Shown here one piece after another: positions 39,600 through 53,273 of a stretch of DNA of 62,000 nucleotides. Numbering within the stretch: position 1 is the stretch's first letter; the number at the start of each line of letters is the position of its first letter. The stretch lies in NCBI RefSeq assembly GCF_000400465.1, contig NW_008806294.1, forward strand, positions 1-62,000, given 5' to 3'. The notes below the pieces were generated by a model, which searched no databases, had not been told where the DNA came from, and was given only the letters and a program-made list of their open reading frames with translations. This DNA is from Wallemia ichthyophaga EXF-994. Taxonomy: Eukaryota; Fungi; Basidiomycota. A program made the translations under genes and the position numbers.

Positions 39600-41029
39600 T
39601 CATCCTCTATTCTGACCTTTACTCTTGAGCGGTGATTCCGCACTGCTTAGTTCTGCAACCGCCTTTTTCACGTTGCCTTTCTTGCTACCACGCAACACAT
39701 TCTCAATAAAGAATTCACCAGCCTGTGTCATTAACCAATCAGTTAAATGATTCTACATAGAAACTGATTGAAACCCACCTTATATGAACTCCTCACCAAT
39801 GGTCCTGACGCGACGTAGAGGAATCCCATTTCCTCTGCCACTCTCTTCCATTGCTCAAATTCATCCGGATGTACATATCGATCTACCTTCATGTGTCGCT
39901 TTGTTGGTCGCATATACTGTCCAAACGTTACGACATCCACATCCGCGTCTCTCAATCTACGCAAAGCATTAACAACCATCTCATCCGTTTCACCAACTCC
40001 GAGCATAATCGATGTTTTAGTCACTAATCCTTGCATTCCTTCAACTTTGGGATTGTTAAGTCCACCTCTCTCTTCTTTTGCGACTTGAAGCACTTTAAGC
40101 GACTGCTCGAAAGATGCTCTCCTGTCACGCACGAATGGCGTACACTCAGGCACTGTCTCAACATTGTGAGCGTAGACATCCAATCCACTCATCGCCAGTG
40201 TTTTGACTGAGTCCAAACTGCCGTGGAAATCTCCCGTCAGCGCCTCGACGAGCATATTAGGAGACTTTTGTTTAATTTTCATGATAGTGCTTGCGAAATG
40301 TTTGCTACCGCCATCAACGAGATCGTCTCTATCAACCGAGGTCAGTACGACATAACCAATGCCCCATCTACTGATAGCCTCAGCTGTGTTTTCAGGCTCG
40401 TGTGGGTCGAGTGGTGGAGGAGCCTTGCTTGTTTTAACAGAGCAAAATCTACAAGCACGTGTGCAAGTATCGCCCATAAGCATGATAGTAGCTGTAGCGT
40501 GAGCGCGTTCTTCTGCGTTATCTGAGGTGGAACCACCCCAGCATTCTCCAATATTTGGGCAACGAGCTTCTTCACATACTGTGTGCAATCCTAATCCTCT
40601 CAAATCGTTCTTAATTTTCTTGTACGATTTCGACGTTGGCACCGTAGCCCCGGGAGCGCTTCTTAACCAGTCTGGTAGACGTGGCTCGCCTGTTTTACCC
40701 AATTGCACACGTTCCTTGTCCTCCTTGTCTTCTTTGGCTGATTGGATGGCATCGTCGAGGTGCTCAGGCCCACGGATAAAGTCGTCTAAGCCGAGTCCAT
40801 CATTCAGTTTACTCCGCACTCTACTAGCCACATTCTCTGTACTCGGTGTTTGGTTTCTGCTGTTGCTCGTCTGTGGCGATGTCGGTGAGTCCTTGTGCTG
40901 TGTGGCGAATGCTCTTGTAAATGCTCTTGTTAATGGCTGCGCTGCGTTAGCCGTGTGGTGGTGTACACGCCAGGCACCCACTCTTGCTCCTGCTGCCTGC
41001 TTTTGTATCAAACGCATCGTCAACGTCAT
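39600..41029 (-). CDS. LIP5: Mitochondrial lipoyl synthase
   Basis: [38 protein letters not shown] (radical SAM), [19 protein letters not shown]. Last exon stops at 39600-39602. Confidence 0.95.
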
Positions 41030-41105
41030 GGTCTATTAGAAAGGACTTAAATCTCATCTTACAATTAATCTCAACTGGCTAAATTACAATTCTTCTATAA
41101 ATTTA

Positions 41106-42811
41106 TTAGTTCTTCCATCTGTTCCACTTGGTTAGCTATCCCTTTTCGTCCTCTCGTAAAATTTTCACTCACATTTTCACCGTACAGTCTCTGCCACCAG
41201 ACACGACTTTATCAGCCACAAAGTCGACGCAGTATACTTCATCTGTATGTCCAGGAAGATCAACACGGATTTTGTTAGTCTTGAGATCCCATATCTGCAT
41301 CCATCACGTCACGTCAGAAGTGTCTTCTCGATTGCAACCCACTCACCTTCAATGTCGAGTCCTTTGATGCCGAGATAAGCATGCGGCTGTCGGCTGACCA
41401 AGCGATACGATACACTGGTGCGACGTGTCCTCTGAGACTAGCGACAAATTTTCCGGTACGCCCATCCCACAACTTGATTCCGTTATCGAAACTAGCCGAA
41501 GCGATGAGACGAGAGTCAGGGGAGAAGACAACGTGGTTCACTTGTTTCTGGTGTCCTGTCAATCTCGCAATGCTCTTCTTTGAAGTGAGCGGGGACCACA
41601 GGTAGAGTGTATGATCGTCCGATCCGCTAATCACCAGCTCGGAGGCTCTCTTTACCAAGCCGTCATACCTCTCCTTAGCCATTTTGAGTGCCTCTTCGTC
41701 GCTGCTAGGTTTGGAACCCCGCCAGTCGAATGGGCCGGTACGCAGCACGAAATCAGTGGACAGGGCGAGAGTATTAACCCAGTGAGCATGTTCATTGAGC
41801 GATCTAATCAATTTCCCATCGCTGCTCCACACCTTGATGCTACGATCCTGACTAGCCGTATACAGCACGCCCTCGCCACTCCATTTCACTACATTAACCG
41901 ACGCTGTGTGACCGCCGAGTGTGTACTCCAACCTACGCGTGTCGCTCGACCACACTTTAACCGTTGAGTCTTTGGAGGACGTTGCAAAGCGAGGGTTTTT
42001 CGCATTGAGGTGTGCGGGTTCCCACGCAATGCTAGTGACCCACTTAGTGTGTCCGGTGAGCGCTCCACCGATTGCGCTGCCTGTACGAGGATCCCAAAGA
42101 CGCAAACTACCGTCTTTGCTGCCGGAAGCGAGCATTCTCTCACGAGGCTCCCACTCGACACAAAGAACGAAAGAAGGATGCCCAACAAGTGTATGCTTCG
42201 GCGTCTCAGTATTGAGGTCCCATAGACGTGCTGTGCAGTCTCCGCCACCTGTAGCGAGCATATTGCCCGTCGGGCTGAATGCGGCGCAGAGAATAGGCGA
42301 CGAGTGACCTGAAAGCGTAGAAGAGCAGCGTGAAGCGGGCCTTACTCTAAACACCGCCTGTGGCTCACAGATTATTTTGAAGGTGTCTTCGGTTGATAAG
42401 CCATACGTTGTAATGCTCTTCTGAGAAAGCGCATCAGCTAGAATGTTGGTACTGATGGGCAACCTTGACGCTTTCAAGGCCTTTTCTTCAGGCTTCACGT
42501 TCTCGTTGATGTGCTCGACGTCTAAATGGAACGAAAACGGTACTGGATCGTCTGACTGTGAGGAGATGAGTATGGACACAGCACTCACACTAATCACTCA
42601 CACTGCCTTTCAGCTGATTTACTAACACTTCTAGCGCTTCCCTGGGCGTATCTGCTGGAAGATTCACCGCTGGTCCCAAATTTGATCCGTCGTCAGCGGA
42701 AGTGAACTGGACAACAACCGATGGCGCATCAATCGCGCTGTCCTGCTTAGATTCCTCCTCGTGGGCCGTCTTGGCCTTCTTGCGGCGTGGGGGCGGGATA
42801 AGCGTGGCCAT
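41106..42811 (-). CDS. RSA4: Ribosome assembly factor Rsa4/Notchless (UBL + WD40)
   Basis: MATLIPPPRRKK, PQAVFRVRPASRCSSTLSGH, LVISGSDDHTLYLW, LTGHQKQVNHVVFSPD, DLPGHTDEVYCVDF, WKN*. Confidence 0.95.
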
Positions 42812-42908
42812 AGTTGATTGTCGAGAGAAGACAAGAGGAGACAAGTTCAGACCGTGGAAATCCAACTAATGTCATTAATATAGGCATGCAGTACGTGAAT
42901 GATAGCAA

Positions 42909-44061
42909 TTAAAGGAAATACAGTGGTGTTGGTCTCTTGAACGGAACTTTGTTGGTATCCTGCAATGTGTTTCAGTAAAGCAGCTACTGTCAAACAATCT
43001 ACTCACTTGGGGCGCTGCTTCGAATGTTTTGTACACTTGTTCTCCACTCTCCTCTAGGTTGAGCACGCTAGCTACATTTCCACATCTGTTACCGTGTTAT
43101 CTATCTGGCTATATCACAGTAGTGTGCACCCACCTGTAGCAGTAATTTGGTGCAGACCACACTGTAACAATCGAATTATCGAACATTATCTTGTATCCTT
43201 CCAAAACGAGTTGATGAGCGCGTGCTACCATTTGTTAGCGTAAACGAGCCATAAAAACCCAAACACACCAATCAAATCGAGGTCATTCGCGTGAACAAAC
43301 TGTCGAACAACTTCAGAACCAAATAAGAATCCAGCGCCACGTGGACTGATATTCCAACTATCTATATCGTCTGGATCTGACCACAGTAGATCGCACATTG
43401 CACCGTCATGCGGCACCTCCTGTTTCCTATCGATTGAGCGTATCTTGCAGTGATATTAGGAATTGTTTAACAGCCATTTCAACAAGCTCACCTCATCGAT
43501 CGTCTGTATCATAGGACTGAGACCGCCGTGAACGCAAAATGTCCTTCCATCAACAATCGCAGCGAGAGAAAGGTAATCAAACACTTCGCAGCAATACCGC
43601 CAGACATTAACATTGCCGTACTTTCTCAAACACTCATCATAAAACCCATAGACTTGAGTAATCTGCCGCGATTCGTGATTGCCTCGTATAAGCGTGATTC
43701 TGTCAGGGTAACGGACTTTCAGGGACAATAAGAGAAGGAACGTTTCGACAGAATAGAATCCTCTATCAACAAAGTCGCCCATGAAGAGGTAATTGGTTGA
43801 TGGACACTGTCCGGCGATTTCGAACAATTCCATAAGATCCCAGAATTGACCGTGTATATCACCGCATATCTAAGTAAATATGAGCGTGTGTATCTTCTAG
43901 CACGCTTAACACACCGTAACAGGTGAATCAACGTATTGTACATTGGCTTCTTCGACGAGGATTTCACGCGCTTTGAGGCACAATTCCTTGACTTGAGATT
44001 CTGATATTGGCTCGCATTTCCTCAGCTGAGCGATTTGGGCGTCGATATCACCAGCGGACAT
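42909..44061 (-). CDS. PPH3: Ser/Thr protein phosphatase 4 catalytic subunit, multi-exon
   Basis: [76 protein letters not shown], ends YFL*. The PHDG motif favours PP4 over PP2A. Confidence 0.85.
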
Positions 44062-44314
44062 TGATGGATGTAGAGAAGAACGGGGAGTGTGGGGGTGTAT
44101 ACGGGTCTATAGGGAATATATGGGAGTTAGACTTGTATTATATTTGATATCGACTGGTTACGATAGATCTGCGTAGCTCACCGCGGAATGTATCTGACAA
44201 GCATAGCAATTCTCGCAAGTCTGGAATTTCATCGACGAGGCAGGCGTGCGCTTTCTTGGGAGACTAGAGGATATTATATGCAGCTTCTAACTCTCTTTAC
44301 TTGCACAGTTCATT

Positions 44315-45463
44315 ATGCCGCATCGCTATACATCCAGCGCACCCGATGTGATCACGTCGACAGCCACGGAACAAAACTCCAGCAATTGCCATTCATTAGG
44401 CTTCGTTTTCGCCAATAAAGGCAGTGATAGTGACAGCAACAGTGACAGCAATAACAGTAGTCTGCAAAAGCCTAAGCCGTACTGCAGAACACCATCACAG
44501 CTTGCACATCAGCTTTTGTCCAGATCAGCTACTGTAAATGAAAGAGGAGCTTCTGAAGCATACGCCAAGCTCGATATACACAGGGAGCTGCAGCATCGTT
44601 TCAATCTTGGTCTCAACCGTTGTGAGACTTTTCTGGACAAGAGCAGCGATAATAAGTCCAATTTCTGGAATTCAATCAAGAGGAAAATGTCCATGACATC
44701 GCTCGCTTCGAACACCATTAGCTCTTTTAGTTCTGCTACAAAGAAGACAAAGAAATCCAGTTTCAGTTCACTCGAGCGGGAGAGTGAGAAGGAAAAGGAT
44801 GAAAAATCTGAGCAGGTCAATGAGCACACAGAAACCCCAATCAACGGTCCAAAGAGGTCAGCTACTGTTTCCCACTCGATAGCCACACAAACTCGCAAAC
44901 CCGTCCACAGGAAGAAGGTGGCAGCAGATGACACTGCCATAGACGGCTCTCAGCATAAGGCGAGACGCCCACCATCATCGCTGCTACTCGGTTTCTTCGA
45001 TCCAGACCACGGCATCGCTATCGGTCGGTATAACATTTCCCCGAAGAAGACATTATCAAAAACGGAAAGAAAGAAGACGAGAAAAAAGGACAGCTGTGAT
45101 TACTTCTATGAGCCTAACACAGCACTGGCTATTGGAAAATTCGACGACTGTGGCACTTTCCCTCAATCGCCGTTAAAATCACCATTATTTACGCAGAGGA
45201 CGACGAAACACAAAGACCTATCCAATTCAAACGTACACATTGAGGAGACGTTGCCACTGTGCGAGTCAGAACCAAAAGGGCCAAGAATCAGACGCAAATT
45301 TGCGATGAAAGTCAAGCAAACTGAGACAGAGGAGATGGTGCCACCAGCTTCTAAGAGAATTAAGATGCGCAATAAGTTAGCAAAGTCAAAACAAAGCAAG
45401 ACATACAAACGTCTCAACAGAATACTCAACATTTGTGCGTGTAGGTGCTCAAAGCTTGAGTAA
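44315..45463 (+). CDS. Hypothetical Ser/Lys-rich, probably disordered protein
   Basis: 382-codon open frame with coding-like composition. No recognised domain. Confidence 0.6.
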   Translation: MPHRYTSSAPDVITSTATEQNSSNCHSLGFVFANKGSDSDSNSDSNNSSLQKPKPYCRTPSQLAHQLLSRSATVNERGASEAYAKLDIHRELQHRFNLGLNRCETFLDKSSDNKSNFWNSIKRKMSMTSLASNTISSFSSATKKTKKSSFSSLERESEKEKDEKSEQVNEHTETPINGPKRSATVSHSIATQTRKPVHRKKVAADDTAIDGSQHKARRPPSSLLLGFFDPDHGIAIGRYNISPKKTLSKTERKKTRKKDSCDYFYEPNTALAIGKFDDCGTFPQSPLKSPLFTQRTTKHKDLSNSNVHIEETLPLCESEPKGPRIRRKFAMKVKQTETEEMVPPASKRIKMRNKLAKSKQSKTYKRLNRILNICACRCSKLE

Positions 45464-45618
45464 AAGCGATATCAATACAACTTATACACATAAACACTCA
45501 TTACATCATTCAAGCATCATATATTATACTTCTCTTTGTAACACACTATCATTTCATTCCTCTAAATTTTTCACGGCAAACGGTCATCATCTATTCTGCA
45601 AAGCGACGAGATAGCAGC

Positions 45619-46465
45619 ATGACAAAGCCAAAGAAAGGAGATGATGATATTGAGTGCTTATTGTTCCGCTCATCTCCTGCTAATGTTGCCAAACAGTCGA
45701 GACCAAAGTTGTCGAGTATCTCAAGAAGCGCAATAGGCCTTATTCAGCGAGTATGTCATGCGAGAACTATTTGGCTGTTCGACTGAGCCCGCTATAGGCG
45801 ACATCTCTACTAATCTCGGCCAAAGCGTCAGCAAGCTCGCCACTCAGAAAGTTCTTGTCGCGTGCGCAGAGAGAGGCGTAATCACATCCAAAGCCTATGG
45901 TGGGATCTGCGGCGAGGTACTCTCTCAAAGCTCACTCAATTCGCACAGGGAAGCAAACAGTTTTTGTCGCCAATCAGAATGACGACACCAACGCAATCTC
46001 ACCAGAAGATTTGGCAGCGCTGGTGGAGAATAACGATCACTTGAGAAAAGAGCACCAAAGTTTGAATGAACAGATCGCGCACTACAACAAAGGCAAGTGT
46101 ACCTGGAAGTGATCGAATCTTGCTGACGTGAGCGGCTAGAAATAAACGTGATGAAAAAGCTACCAGCATTCAATGAGCTGCCTAGTCTTATCGGTGCACA
46201 TAAGAAGCGTATAGGCGAACTCGACCTGCAAATAGCCGACGTCAAAGACTTCAACGATCAAGTTTCTCAACAAGAGACGGCCAAAGTGGAAAAGGAGTTT
46301 ATCAAGTGGAAAAAGCTGTACAAGAAGCGCATGAGGAAGTACAGTGACGTCCGCGATGCCCTCTGCGGTGAAGAAGCCACCAAGGAAGACGTAACCAAGA
46401 TGGACGAAGAGCTGGGCTTGGATGAGCTTGACGATGACTGCAAGATGCTGCTGGCGTTGATGTGA
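45619..46465 (+). CDS. HOP2: Hop2/TBPIP meiotic recombination protein, multi-exon
   Basis: VVEYLKKRNRPYSA-DISTNL...K...ERG.I..K.YG-KQTVF winged helix, coiled coil, C-terminal WKKLYKKRMRKY.D..D.L. Confidence 0.8.
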
Positions 46466-46673
46466 AATGAACCTATGTGAGTCATGACAGGCACGCCAAC
46501 CTTAATTAAGTGCAAATCTGAGCGTTCGGCATCTCGAAATGAAGAATGTAAATAAGACATGGAAAAACTGTATTGGTAGAGCTATATGAATGCACTGGCC
46601 TTAATGAGCTAGTTCTTACCGGTGAAATAACATATCCTGACACCTCCACATTTCAATACTCGGAATCGATCAT

Positions 46674-49600
46674 GTGTTTGCTTCCTCGCAGTCATCCACG
46701 ATGGACGATATCCAGTCCGCTGAAATATCGCTCAATGCGGTCATAGCAGTGTTCGCAGTCATCGCTGGATTCGTTGTACACCAAAAATACAACAAGGTGT
46801 CACTTCCAACGACGGAGGAATACGTCCACAACGATACTCCCATTAAACCTAACGAGTACAAGCATAAAAACAGATACCTGGACTATCTTCTATTCGCTGG
46901 ACTACTTGCCGGCTTGGGTTCCTATAGCTGTGAATTCGGTTACGCTGTGATGGAGAATGATAATGTTGCATTGAGTCTGATGGGATTCTCTCAATACGTC
47001 GTCTTTCTCTGCATGGCTTATGCAGGATTAGAGTGCTTCGCGCAAAACTACCTTCTAGCCATCACCACTGCACTCAGCTTGCTCGTAAATACAGTCGTAT
47101 ATCTCCATCCCAAGTCGTCGTCGAGTCCAGTACCACTTTTAGCGACGGCTACTATGGTTTTCGCTGTGATAAACAAGAGACCTGGTCCTGATACTATCCA
47201 CAAACCAATGTACCCTCACAGGAATGACGTACTGCCATCCAAGGTCTGCCAGTCGACCAATGGATCTATCTTCGACACTCTCTTCTTCACGTATGCAACA
47301 CCTATTGTGCGAATGGGATATGAAATGCCCTCATCTATGGGTATAGACAATCTACCATTCGTACCACCTTACCTGCGTGCAAGGGCTCTTTTCGAAGGTA
47401 TCAGAAGAGTGATGGTATTCAAACCATTGCCAAAGTATCACAAAAACTCAGACGTCAGCGCTACGCCGCTGTTCATGAACATACTAAGGGCTAACAAGTA
47501 CCAGGTTAGCATGCTCGTTGGTCTCTCGCTTCTCATTGCCAGCTTGTACTACACGCCGGCAATCTTCCTCAAAAAGCTCCTTTCATCTATCGAGGACAAG
47601 GAGAGCGCGTCTTGGCAATGGTACTATGCTATGTGCTTGTTCTTTAGTTCGATTGTCTTGTCCTTGTTTTCAGGTCAGGTATGGTCATTCGCAGCTACAC
47701 AGTTCGTCGGCCGTATTCGCACTCAGCTCAACTCGCTTTTGTTTGCGAAAACACTCTCGAAGAAGGATATATCAGTAGCATCGAATAATGAGGATGATGA
47801 CGACGACATTGCAGTCAAGTCCAAGTCGCAGGTTATGACTCTAATGACTGTCGACGCTGATAGGATAAGTCAGTCTAGTATTATGGTATTCACTCTTATG
47901 GACGCTCCTATTGAATTAGCCGTCGGTTCTGTCTTCCTCTACACGCTTTTGGGTCATTCAGCTCTCGTTGGTCTGCTCGTTATTGTTTTGTTCTTGCCGC
48001 TTAATCACTACTCTGGCAAATTTGTCGTCAGAGCACAAGACAATCTCATGGTGGGTTGGCATTCTATTCTGCTTGACTAGTTCGTACTTACCTTTTCAAC
48101 AGGAAGCACGTGATCACAGAACAAGTATAATGAATGAAATACTATCCTCAATTCGCATTATCAAGCTTAGTGGCAGTGAGCGTAGAATAATGTCACGCGT
48201 TTTTGGCGTCAGAAGAGCAGAGCTATATCAGCAGAAGCTCAACTATCTCATAGAAGTTGCATTCAACCTTATTTGGGACTCGTCGCCATTTCTAGTCTCA
48301 TTGACTGCATTCATGCACTATACACTCTACAGAAGACTACCACTTACGCCAGCAATTGCATTTGCCAGTGTATCGGTATTCAACGAAATGCAATTTGCCC
48401 TGAACGGTCTACCAGAATGTTTTATAGGATTCTTGCAGACATTTGTTTCAGTGCGCCGCATTGCATCTTACCTCTCCAGTCAAGACGTCGATAACGTCTG
48501 CCACCCGGGCTCTTTCATCCAGGTATCAAATGATGCACACATGATCCTGCGTCAAACCTCGTTCGCATGGCCAACAGTAAACACCAATAAGGGGATCGAC
48601 GATGGTGATGTGTTTACACTCCACAGCATCGATTTCGAAGCTATGCCGGGACAGCTGTCGCTTGTGTGCGGTAAGTTGGGCTCCGGTAAGACACTGTTCC
48701 TCAACGGATTACTTGGTGAGGCTGATCTCGTTGGTGGGTCACTGCGTGTCCCAAGATCTGACTTCCACATCATGGAACATTTCCCTCAGGAAAAGCCAAC
48801 GATGAATGAATGGCTGGTTGATTCAATGACAGCATATGCTCCTCAGACACCTTGGTTGATGAATGCTAGTGTAAAGGACAACATCATTTTCTACCATCCG
48901 TTTGATGCCAAAAGGTACGAGGAGGTACTGAACGCTTGTTCGCTCAAAAACGATTTGGAGTATATGGAAGATGGAGACCAGACTGAGATCGGTGAACAGG
49001 GGTGAGTTTGCTGCGTTGCAATCACGGCTAGAATGCTGACCACTTCTAAAGACTCAATCTTTCCGGTGGCCAGAAGGCTAGGGTGTCTCTTGCAAGAGCA
49101 GTTTACTCTCGTGCTACCACTCTTCTGTTGGACGACGTACTCTCGGCTGTGGATTCACACACCTCTGCTTGGATATTCGAGAAGTGTATTAAAGGCCCGC
49201 TGCTCGCTGAGCGTAATGTCATTCTCGTCTCACATCACATCCAACTCATCGGACAGGCTGCAGACAACATAATTGCCTTTGACAACGGAGAAGTCATCTT
49301 CAGTGGTACAACTGCTGAGTTCGATGAGAGCGAAGTAAAGCCAACGTTGATTTCTTCGATAATGACGGACGACGAAGAGGCAATGGCTGAGGTTGAAGCA
49401 GCAACCTCGCCGCCCAGCAGCGGAACGGAAACGGAAGGGTCAGACGCCGACAGTGAAACGACAATTGGAGCGGAGAAAGTGAATGAAAAAGAAAGAAGCG
49501 TGACGCCTTCATCACCACAGGACTTTTCACCAGCTCAAAATAGCACGCCTCCAAAGATTGACAAGGCACCAAGGAAGCTTGTCCAAGATGAAGGTAGAGC

Positions 49601-51527
49601 AGTAGGACGCGTCTCGAAAGAGGTGTACATGACATTACTAAAGAACATGGGTGGATCTTTCTACTGGACAATCTTCACTTCCCTCTTCGTCCTCGCCGCC
49701 TTCTCTCCCGTGGTCGAGAACTGGATCTTGTCACAATGGTCACAGTCATACTTGAATGGTTTGGTGTCTAAGAGTGCAACGTTGAGATGGATTACCATTT
49801 ACGGTGGGGTTATCATGATTGGTATAGTCGTCGGTTCGTTGAGATGGCTCGTGCTCTATCTTGGTTCTATCAAGGCAAGTCGCCGTATCCATGACAATAT
49901 GCTCGAGAGTTGCATGCGTGCGCCTTTGCGTTTTTACGATACAGTGTCGAAGGGACGTCTTCTGAATCGGTTCGGTAAGGATTTGGAGGGTATAGATTCA
50001 TCATTAGCCGACAATTTCGGGAGATCTATCGTCAATGCTCTCGGAATAATTGCTTCGTTTATCTCTGTGATGCTTATCGGTGGATTACCCGCCATCGCCG
50101 CTCTTAGTGTGTTATCAGTGCTGTACTACCAAGTTGGAAAGATGTACAACACAGCATCCCGCGAGCTACGTCGTATTGAATCAGTGTTCAAGTCACCAGT
50201 ATACAGTCTCTACGCTGAGACTATCTCGGGAGTGGCCACTATACGTGCATTCGGTAATGGTCTAATAATGTCGGAGATGCTCGAAAAGATCGACAATGCT
50301 AACAAACCTTGGTATTGGTTGTGGACATTATCGAGATGGTTGAGTGGACGTTTCAATTTCTTTAGCTCATGCTTGATTGGAGCTACTGCAATCGGAATTG
50401 TTGCTGCGGGTGATATCAATGCTAGTTATGCAGGTTTTGCATTGGCATTTGCGATGACCGTATCTCAGAACCTCATCTTGGCTGTCAGACGTCTTACCAG
50501 CTTGGAGCAGTCAATGGTCGCGCTTGAAAGAGTGAAGGAGTACTCAGAGCTACCATCGGAGGCTGCTGAGATAACGAAACCACGTCCACCAGCAGCTTGG
50601 CCACACCAGGGTAATGTGAGGTTTGAAGATTTCAACCTAAGCTACGCACCGGAATTGCCTCTGGTATTGAAGGATATCAATCTCGATGTCAACGGTCGTA
50701 GCAAAGTCGGTATCGTTGGTCCAACAGGATGCGGGAAGGTGAGTGTGATTATTTTGTGGAGTGGATAGAGTAAGTGGATACTAACATACACACTCAGTCG
50801 ACACTCGCAAGTGCTTTCTTTAGATTTACTGAGGCTGCTTCTGGTAGGCTGCTGATTGATGGGATTGACGTGTCTACTCTCGGACTGACAGACTTGCGAA
50901 CGAGATTACAGATAGTACCGCAAGGTAGGTTGGTTGTTTTTCTCGGGTTGCAATCACTAATTACGTGTGTTACATGCAGACCCGACCATCATGTCAGGCA
51001 CGCTGAGAGAAGCGCTGGATGTGTACAACGAGTTCAGCGACGAAGAGATACTCGATGCACTCCGTCGTGTGCAACTTATTCGAGGCGCTGGTAGTGACAG
51101 TGAGTCGGAAGTGTCAAACACTCGGGAAAACAAAAATACGTTCGTTAATTTGAACAGCAAGGTGGATGAGAATGGATCCAACCTGAGTAGTGGAGAACGA
51201 CAACTGATGGTTATCACAAAAGCCATCCTTAATAGGAGCAAAGTGATTATATTCGACGAGTCGACATCTGCTGTTGACTATAAGACGGATGAGCTCATAC
51301 AAACGACGATCAGGGAGGAGTTCACGAACAGTACGATATTCACGATCGCGCATAGATTGCGCACCGTGATAGATTACGATGTCATTGCTGTTATGGATAG
51401 TGGACGGATAGTGGAGCTTGGTTCACCGGCTCAACTGCTCAATAAACAGAGCAGGTTTATGGAGATGTGCAAGGCCACTGGGAAACAGGAGTACAGTACA
51501 TTGAAGAAAATGGCGAATGACAAGTGA
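46674..51527 (+). CDS. ABCC/MRP-type ABC transporter (Ybt1/Ycf1-like), 3-4 introns
   Basis: NBD1 [41 protein letters not shown]2 [21 protein letters not shown]2 [40 protein letters not shown]. Confidence 0.93.
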
Positions 51528-51800
51528 AAAGGACATTGCATACTTAAACATATACATACATACAATAGAGGAAATTCGTATTCAAACCCGCAAAATTGAT
51601 TGAGTAAACTATTGATCATAATTACAACATATAATACACGCAGTATAAATAGCTTTTTGAATTAAATAAGACGTAATTAGTGAGAATGCCAGCTTCTCGG
51701 GTGGTCGTGAGGGGTACGGGTGGAGATAGAGTACAGCAGATCCAGTCTGGAGTGTTAGATAAAGTTGAGTATTGAGTGTTTTAAGCTACGTGTTTCAAAT

Positions 51801-53273
51801 CTACTGATTTGCTCTCAGTGTAGCTTTTCGAAGCTCGTAGAGCATAGTGTCACCCCACAGCCAGCCGCCTGGGAGCATTGAGGGGTGAAGTTGATCGATT
51901 TGGTGAGCATGCTGGCCGAACCTAGTCGGGGAGTTAGAAAGCGACGAAAAGACAGTGGCAACGCACATAAGACGACCCCACTCATTCAAGCCAACACCAT
52001 CAAACTCCTCTTTTTGCAAAACGTACCTGGCAGCCTGGTCTAGTTGAAACAGGCGATTCAAGTGAAAATACGGTTTGTCTTGGTAGAGACGCTCCTGTTC
52101 GAGTCTGGCCATTTTAGCGTGAGTGTTGATATCAGTGTTGATGCTCCGGCCAATCCAGTCGATCCAGTCGAGTTTATGGTTAGATTCGGACGGGTAGTGG
52201 CAAGTGCGCCAAACAAGTTGTGCGCTTGGGAAAATTGACTGGGTTGCAGAGAGCATCTCACTCATTCTGTCCATATAAAAGGCTAGTCTGTCTCCAGACA
52301 AGTCTGTCATGGTGGACTTGTCGTCTTCTATGTCGATACGCGCGAAGCGGGCTAGATCCCATAACGAGCTGCTCACTTCGACGAGGTCTGGCTGGCGTAG
52401 GGTATGTGCAGCTCTGGTTTCCTTCTCGCTTTCGCCCTCACTCCGACTCTCACCCTCGTTTGTATTCGACATGGATATCCGGTCGAGGATGTTGCGCCCG
52501 TGCACTATCAATCTGTCTTCGTAGTTGTTGGGAGGATTGTACTGCTCCTTAGATGCAAAAAAAGCGTCAGTATCCATCCCGAAATGGAAAGACTGGATGA
52601 GCATGAGGTCGATGGAGGGTATGTAGCAAATGTTTGGCAGGCTGCTTTCGCGGGGGGCTCTTTTGCCATGTGAGTGTGATTTTGATTGTGAAAGGTTATA
52701 TTTTTGCGCCTCTCCTTCCCCCGCAAAAGGCGACCACGGATGGTCATCGCCCAAGTTGACAACGTCCTCGCCAAGCAAGTTGCAAAAGTACTTTACAGTC
52801 TCGCGTGCGATAGAGTCGCCCATGATGAGGATTGTTTTGTTGTGGGCGAAGGAGGTGTCTGTGTGAGAGTGTGAGAGTGTATCACCACTAATTTGCGCCG
52901 CTAAAGAAGCCATTAGGCGTGGTGGCTGGCAGCTGCTATCGAAAGGCACCCAGTTGTTCTCTTCCCGGTGGGTGAGGTTGACGTGAAGAGTGCCAAGTTG
53001 GGAGAATGGGTTTGAGCAGGTGTGCTGGGTGTTCTGCGTATTCTGCGTATTCTGCCGCTCTCCCACTCCACCTATATCCACTTCCACACCACCTATTGTC
53101 CGCGTATAATGCTGGCCGTCGATTCCGCTCAAACTCCCCCAGTAGACAGAAGCAACTATCCAAATCACGGCGATTGAGATGGACAAACTAACAAATCTGA
53201 TCCTTCTACTTCCACAAATAATTGGTAGAACTGATTTATTCGGTTGCTGTGTCTCCGCCAGTGTCGCGGTCAT
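51801..53273 (-). CDS. Type II membrane SGNH-like protein, Cryptococcus CAP64/CAS3-like
   Basis: N-terminal TM (FVSLSISIAVIWIVASVYWG), NKTILIMGDSIARE (GDS motif), QSFHFGMD, SSSLWDLA, C-terminal DQLHP (DxxH). Confidence 0.6.
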   Translation of the reverse strand: MTATLAETQQPNKSVLPIICGSRRIRFVSLSISIAVIWIVASVYWGSLSGIDGQHYTRTIGGVEVDIGGVGERQNTQNTQNTQHTCSNPFSQLGTLHVNLTHREENNWVPFDSSCQPPRLMASLAAQISGDTLSHSHTDTSFAHNKTILIMGDSIARETVKYFCNLLGEDVVNLGDDHPWSPFAGEGEAQKYNLSQSKSHSHGKRAPRESSLPNICYIPSIDLMLIQSFHFGMDTDAFFASKEQYNPPNNYEDRLIVHGRNILDRISMSNTNEGESRSEGESEKETRAAHTLRQPDLVEVSSSLWDLARFARIDIEDDKSTMTDLSGDRLAFYMDRMSEMLSATQSIFPSAQLVWRTCHYPSESNHKLDWIDWIGRSINTDINTHAKMARLEQERLYQDKPYFHLNRLFQLDQAARYVLQKEEFDGVGLNEWGRLMCVATVFSSLSNSPTRFGQHAHQIDQLHPSMLPGGWLWGDTMLYELRKATLRANQ

